Shown here one piece after another: positions 59,552 to 64,000 of a stretch of DNA of 64,000 bases. Positions within the stretch are counted from its first letter, which is position 1. The number at the start of each line of letters is the position of its first letter. The DNA is taken from contig CAZQEI010000002.1 of NCBI GenBank assembly GCA_964592195.1, positions 13,240-77,239 on the forward strand, written 5' to 3'. The notes beneath the pieces are model-generated. The model did no database searches and was not told the origin of the DNA. It saw only the letters and a list, made by a program, of their open reading frames with translations. Origin of the DNA: an uncultured Gammaproteobacteria bacterium. GTDB taxonomy: Bacteria > Patescibacteriota > Patescibacteriia > UBA11705. Both the position numbers and the translations under genes were made by a program.

Positions 59552-60691
59552 TCAACCTGCCAACTTCGCCAAAGTATAAAGAATACCAGCTAAAAACAAG
59601 ATGATTAACAATACTCCCGGCAATCTCAATTTGGGCAAAGAGAAAATCGGTTTCTGATCCCCGGCTGTTTTAGCTTTCCAGAAGGAACAAACTATCAATA
59701 CACCGGTTAAACCAAAGACCAACGCACCGGTTACTTGAAGAATCTTAATAAAATCAGGAGTAGTTAAAGCATAAATTATAATCGGCACGCTGATACTCAG
59801 AATCCAAGCAAACCAATTAGGCATTTTGTAATCATGTCTAAATATTTGCTTTAACGATACACCCACCATCAAGAAACTGGTTGTCATGGTAATGGCGGCT
59901 AAAATATTACTAACATAAAATATTACTGGACCTAGGTTTTTCACCAAACCAATAGACGCCACTTCTGTTGTTGCCAAACCGGTAACACCCAACACTGTTA
60001 CCGTAAATAATAAATACAAACCCATGGACATGACGGAGCTTAGTAATATCGCCGGTCTAACTAACTTTTCTTCACCGCGCAAAATATCTCTTAAAGAAAA
60101 AATGCCATTAACCCCACTAAATGCGAACAACAACACTCCGTAACTGGCCCACAATTTTCCCCAGTCTTGATATTGATAATTGGCTACATCAATTTTACCT
60201 AATGAAAATAAAAATATCGTTACAATTAAGAAAACTACCACACCAACAACATAAGAATTTATTTTGCGAATCGCTTTCAACCCAATCAAAATAATTATTA
60301 TTCCAAACAACCAAAATCCATAGCTAAAATACTGCGACCATTCAGCATGTCCGGTTAACGCTCCCCAAATCTGACCTTCACCAATAATATAGGCTGTTAA
60401 CGCGCCATAACCACCAAGAATAATTCCAATGGCATCAATCACTTTGTATGGCTTACCTAAATATTTCTCCACTAAACCAGGAATCTGATGACGATAATGT
60501 GTTCTTAACATTACCTCAGCAATCATTAAATGCACCAGCATGACAGCTGAGCCAATAAAGAAAATCATTATCAAGCCTGGCACTAACCCGGCCTGGGCAA
60601 TAGCATATGGGATACCAAAAATTCCCGCGCCCACAATCGAGCCCAACAAAGTCGCCGACGCCGGCCATATCCTTTTTATATTATTTAACAT
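59552..60691 (-). CDS. Amino-acid permease-like transporter (about 11 TM; possibly the Trp/Tyr HAAAP family)
   Basis: GSIVGAGIFGIPYA and repeated hydrophobic helices. Confidence 0.5.
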   Translation of the reverse strand: MLNNIKRIWPASATLLGSIVGAGIFGIPYAIAQAGLVPGLIMIFFIGSAVMLVHLMIAEVMLRTHYRHQIPGLVEKYLGKPYKVIDAIGIILGGYGALTAYIIGEGQIWGALTGHAEWSQYFSYGFWLFGIIIILIGLKAIRKINSYVVGVVVFLIVTIFLFSLGKIDVANYQYQDWGKLWASYGVLLFAFSGVNGIFSLRDILRGEEKLVRPAILLSSVMSMGLYLLFTVTVLGVTGLATTEVASIGLVKNLGPVIFYVSNILAAITMTTSFLMVGVSLKQIFRHDYKMPNWFAWILSISVPIIIYALTTPDFIKILQVTGALVFGLTGVLIVCSFWKAKTAGDQKPIFSLPKLRLPGVLLIILFLAGILYTLAKLAG

Positions 60692-60807
60692 ATGTGAATT
60701 TAATTACGAATGTTCGAATCTTTTTCGAATATGTTCGAATTATCATATGTCGGGTTCGGAAGGTAATTCGTAAAAATTCGTAACTAATTCGTAAATTCGT
60801 AATGACT
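60692..60807. promoter_or_regulatory. Octamer-repeat promoter/leader element between pyk and the permease gene
   Basis: Minus strand reads (TTACGAAT)x4 with 9-12 nt spacing, followed by (ATTCGAA)x3, and ends at the permease ATG. Confidence 0.6.
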
Positions 60808-62247
60808 CTACTTATCCACTTGCTTAACTTCTATCAGATTAACATTCCCACTCGTCCCCACCGGCTCTCCGGTAATAATAATTATCTTCTGACCTTTCTT
60901 AACCGCTTTGACTTCCAATAAATATTTTATCGCCCGATCAAACAGTTCTTCAATTGTATGGCACATTGGTAAAACAAACGGACGAATGCCCCAAGATAAC
61001 TGAAGTTGATGTTTAATTCTATCAGAATTACATGCTACATAAATTGGCAATTCAGGACGATAGCGACTAATAATTCTTCCAGAGTAACCAGACAAGGAAG
61101 CAACCAAAATTAACTTGGCTTTAATTGATTGAGACAAAATATTGGCAATGCGTCCAATCGCCTCATCTGGTGCTTCTAATTTTTTAACATAATTTTGCAC
61201 CACTAAATTGTCGTATTCAGAGCCTTCAACTTTGGTGGTAATTTTTCTCATCATAGCCACTGATTCCACTGGGTATTTACCATTCGCAGTTTCACCGGAC
61301 AACATGACGGCATCAGCATGATCAATTACCGCATTGGCCACGTCACTCACTTCCGCTCTAGTTGGTCGCGGGTTAACAATCATGGAATCTAACATTTGCG
61401 TAGCCACAATTACTGGTTTGGATTTTTGTAAGCATTTTTCAATAATCATTTTTTGCAACAAAGGCACATCTTCTGCCGGCAGTTCAATTCCCAAATCACC
61501 ACGAGCCACCATGACCCCATCTGTCACATCAATAATTTCATCTAGATTATCAATCGCTTCTTTGCGTTCAATTTTTACAATAATTTGTACTGGGTAATGA
61601 TTTTTTATTTTTAATTTTTTCGCGGCCGCATCCAAAAGTTTTCTTAACTCCAAAACATCTTTGGCGGAACGCACAAAAGACAAACCACAGAAATCAACTT
61701 GATGTTGCACCCCAAAAACTAAATCTTCACGATCTTTTTCGGTTAATGACGAAATTTTAATGTTCGTATCTGGCAAATTAATTCCCTTATGCGTATTCAC
61801 TTCACCACCGACATGCACTTCACAATGTATGTCGCGACCCACCACTTTCTCCACTACCAAATTAATCAATCCATCCACGATTAAAATACGATGGCCATGT
61901 TTAATTTCTTGATGTAGTTTATTGTAGGTAATTGGCAACTTAACGCTGTTGGAAGAAATTCGAGAAGTGGTAATAATCACTTTTTCACCTTTAACTAAAA
62001 AACGTGGTTTCTTACCAATGTCGCCAATGCGAATGCGCGGTCCTTGCAAATCTTGTAAAATGGAAACAACTTTACCATGTTTTTTAGCAATGCCTCGAAT
62101 GGTATTCAACATTTTGGCATGCTGTTCATATGTGCCATGGGAAAAATTCAAACGCGCTACATTCAAACCAGCTTCAACCATTTCAGTTAAAACTTTTTTT
62201 GTATTTGACGTCGGACCTAAAGTACAAACAATTTTTGTGCGTGGCAT
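60808..62247 (-). CDS. pyk: Pyruvate kinase
   Basis: Start reassigned to MPRTKIVCTLGPT. The 11 upstream codons of the ORF-track call are the CATGGAACATG motif region. Confidence 0.85.
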   Translation of the reverse strand: MPRTKIVCTLGPTSNTKKVLTEMVEAGLNVARLNFSHGTYEQHAKMLNTIRGIAKKHGKVVSILQDLQGPRIRIGDIGKKPRFLVKGEKVIITTSRISSNSVKLPITYNKLHQEIKHGHRILIVDGLINLVVEKVVGRDIHCEVHVGGEVNTHKGINLPDTNIKISSLTEKDREDLVFGVQHQVDFCGLSFVRSAKDVLELRKLLDAAAKKLKIKNHYPVQIIVKIERKEAIDNLDEIIDVTDGVMVARGDLGIELPAEDVPLLQKMIIEKCLQKSKPVIVATQMLDSMIVNPRPTRAEVSDVANAVIDHADAVMLSGETANGKYPVESVAMMRKITTKVEGSEYDNLVVQNYVKKLEAPDEAIGRIANILSQSIKAKLILVASLSGYSGRIISRYRPELPIYVACNSDRIKHQLQLSWGIRPFVLPMCHTIEELFDRAIKYLLEVKAVKKGQKIIIITGEPVGTSGNVNLIEVKQVDK

Positions 62248-62256
62248 AGTTTTGTT

Positions 62257-62286
62257 CATGGAGCATGTATCATGGAACATGTAACC
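62257..62286. promoter_or_regulatory. CATGGAGCATG/CATGGAACATG motif just upstream of the pyk start
   Basis: catggagcatgtatcatggaacatgtaacc. Confidence 0.4.
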
Positions 62287-62347
62287 TATAAAAACTGTCC
62301 CATCATGCTGTTTTATTTTTGTATATTGTATTTATTATTTTCCCGTT

Positions 62348-62367
62348 TCCCCGGCCACCGAGCCGGG
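62348..62367. repeat. GC-rich hairpin (REP-like)
   Basis: ccccggccaccgagccgggg. Confidence 0.45.
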
Positions 62368-62386
62368 GTCTCATAAAATTCACAAA

Positions 62387-63754
62387 TCAATTTCTTTCTT
62401 CCCACTCCTTCGATATATCCACTACTCGTGTCACTAAAAGACCATCCTTTTTAGCTGTCACTCTTATAATGTTCCCCTCCACTTGCTCGAATTTAAAAAT
62501 ATCATCAAAAAAATCACTACACTGTTCTCCCTGCCCATTCATAATAAAATATTTTCTTTCTCCCTCTTCATCCGGAACAACCGCAGAAAAAACTTCCGTG
62601 CCGTTTATGATTTTTAAACCAGTATCACATTGGTCTGAATCACTGTGGAATTCACATTCATCTGTAATCCTATTTTTTCCTCTATATACATGTCTTTCAA
62701 AATTATCCGTTTCTACAGAATATGCAGGAACCCCACTTGAATCTACTATATTATTGATTTCTCTGATATTTTCTTTAGGCGACACACACTCATCTCCCCA
62801 ATATAAACATAATAATTCATCAGCCCCTAATTCTTCAGACACACAATAAGTAATCTTTCCTCCGATTATATAATACGGCTCTTTTGCTCCAGGCCGTAAT
62901 AATATTTTCTCATTTCCCTTCAATATATATTTATTACCATCCTCACCAACCACCTCATAAGCAATCTCTCCATTAATTTCACCTATCCAAGAAACTTCTC
63001 GGTACCCAGATGGAGGAACGACTTCATCATCACCGTAATATGTCTTTGTTTTGTAATCGCTATTCAACCCGTCATTTACGCTGTAAGCAATTTTACCCAA
63101 TACTTTTTTGGGTCCTGTTATATATAAATGACCCTTATTAGTTAATCTTCGTTTCCCAAGTTGAATATGCCAATAAGGAAAGTTACTATCTTTTTCATTA
63201 TAAGCAAATGCGACCTCGTTATCAACTTCAATTAAATTTTTCACTCCAGCATACCCATTTTCAACAGTTGTTAAATTCTTATTTCCACAAAAAACATAAT
63301 AATTATAACCACCGCTGGGACTAATTCTTTCTTTCTTATCAATACATATATATCCAAATGTCTCTCCAACTTGCACAAAATCAATATACTTTGTAAAATC
63401 TTTCGAAAATTCTGCTTTCTTTTCTCCAATAAAATAATCATAATTACCTTTTGGATACTCACCGCAAACAATCGGCATACCGTTAACTTCCCCCAGATAA
63501 TGACACCAATTATCATAAACTTTCATATCTAACTCCATTTCCAAGTGTTTAAAATCTTCTAATTTTTTTTCTTTTCTCTTCGGATCAACAATCTCACCAT
63601 ATTGCCCCACCAATTTCAAAGCTTCGGAAACATACTCCGGAGTTACATCTTTTCGTTTTTTAACTAAATCGCGCAATCTTTCATTCACACCCAACAAATC
63701 AACCTGCGCCTCAGTTGACATTCCAACACTTAATTCTTTTTTCCCAAAACCCAT
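62387..63754 (-). CDS. Hypothetical protein (455 aa) with internal repeats
   Basis: Long ORF; repeated Y.I.G..KI / YFIMNGQGE-like units; no assignable domain. Confidence 0.5.
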   Translation of the reverse strand: MGFGKKELSVGMSTEAQVDLLGVNERLRDLVKKRKDVTPEYVSEALKLVGQYGEIVDPKRKEKKLEDFKHLEMELDMKVYDNWCHYLGEVNGMPIVCGEYPKGNYDYFIGEKKAEFSKDFTKYIDFVQVGETFGYICIDKKERISPSGGYNYYVFCGNKNLTTVENGYAGVKNLIEVDNEVAFAYNEKDSNFPYWHIQLGKRRLTNKGHLYITGPKKVLGKIAYSVNDGLNSDYKTKTYYGDDEVVPPSGYREVSWIGEINGEIAYEVVGEDGNKYILKGNEKILLRPGAKEPYYIIGGKITYCVSEELGADELLCLYWGDECVSPKENIREINNIVDSSGVPAYSVETDNFERHVYRGKNRITDECEFHSDSDQCDTGLKIINGTEVFSAVVPDEEGERKYFIMNGQGEQCSDFFDDIFKFEQVEGNIIRVTAKKDGLLVTRVVDISKEWEERN

Positions 63755-63808
63755 ATCATTATTAATCTCTTTTTCAAACTGTTATTTTTATCAACTTTAT
63801 AATTTCCC

Positions 63809-63855
63809 CATCGGTAATAATCTGTAAAATCGGTAAGTATCGGTATATCCGTAAT
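63809..63855. repeat. 10-bp-periodic ATCGGTAAT-type array
   Basis: CATCGGTAATAATCTGTAAAATCGGTAAGTATCGGTATATCCGTAATAAT. Confidence 0.65.
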
Positions 63856-63857
63856 AA

Positions 63858-64000
63858 TTATAACTTAACCTTATCCGCATACTTTCCCAATATCGGCATT
63901 TCCCATTTCTGTCCATCCGCGGCTTTGAACAAACCGGTGAATGACATTATCAAGAAATAAACACAGGCAATCAACCAAAACAGTTGACCAAGTACGGGAA
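63858..64000 (-). CDS. 3' end of a membrane-protein gene; the N-terminus lies beyond the window
   Basis: Reverse frame reads ...LVNCFGWLIACVYFLIMSFTGLFKAADGQKWEMPILGKYADKVKL*, open to the window edge. Confidence 0.4.
   Translation of the reverse strand, partial: PVLGQLFWLIACVYFLIMSFTGLFKAADGQKWEMPILGKYADKVKL

Noticed and set aside
60692-60807. Short direct repeats considered as a CRISPR array (also 21115..21168, 53682..53729, 63809..63855)
   Set aside because: The units are only 8-10 nt with no unique spacers of 25-40 nt and no cas genes nearby. They are binding-site or phased-repeat arrays, not CRISPR.
62248-62280. First 11 codons of the pyk ORF (MFHDTCSMNKT)
   Set aside because: They are encoded by the CATGGAACATG regulatory repeat, and pyruvate kinases start at M-x-RTKIV.
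1-64000. Diversity-generating retroelement, retron, or restriction-modification / CRISPR-Cas locus
   Set aside because: No reverse transcriptase, Cas, methyltransferase or nuclease signatures were seen in any long ORF. The giant protein's C-terminus, where a DGR variable region would lie, is outside the window.

Overview
This is a low-GC (about 35%) bacterial window in the standard genetic code, with long uninterrupted ORFs, dense small genes and strong GGAGG ribosome-binding sites on many of them. The gene content is typical of a Candidate Phyla Radiation / Patescibacteria-type genome: a giant GLUG/beta-propeller surface protein, PEGA, WG-repeat and DUF4012-like envelope proteins, an S8 protease with FG-GAP repeats, and reduced metabolism.

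Most genes are on the minus strand. The main blocks are:
- A giant (>2900 aa) secreted multidomain protein at 1..8736 (GLUG modules, F5/8-type-C, LamG, 7 SBBP beta-propeller repeats and a Hint/BIL autoprocessing domain), running off the left edge of the window.
- A Pif1-like helicase plus RimK-like ATP-grasp operon.
- pepF, tRNA-Gln, DsbD, an rplI-pyrG operon, ctpA, an IS200/RAYT-type tyrosine transposase, murA, and an rfbA/B/C/D rhamnose cell-envelope cluster with NUDIX, HIT, HD and CDP-alcohol phosphatidyltransferase genes.
- A dtd-X-X'-thrS operon, dnaE, three GT2 glycosyltransferases and pyk.

The non-coding DNA is unusually structured. There are 10 or more copies of GC-rich REP-like palindromes (CCGCC-N4-GGCGG / CCTGCCTGCCGGCAGGCAGG), which fits the RAYT gene. 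There are two near-identical 111-bp palindromic elements made of TTACGAAT/ATTCGTAA octamers placed 3 bp upstream of two start codons. There are 10-bp-periodic ATC(C/G)GTAAT arrays and several other promoter-proximal motif families.

The best candidates for something undescribed are:
- A GC-rich (about 48-50%), probably horizontally acquired three-gene module at 41661..43190.
- A five-gene cassette of unknown proteins with tandem paralogs at 18365..20999.
- Tandem paralogs embedded between dtd and thrS.

Every call here is by eye; I ran no database searches.
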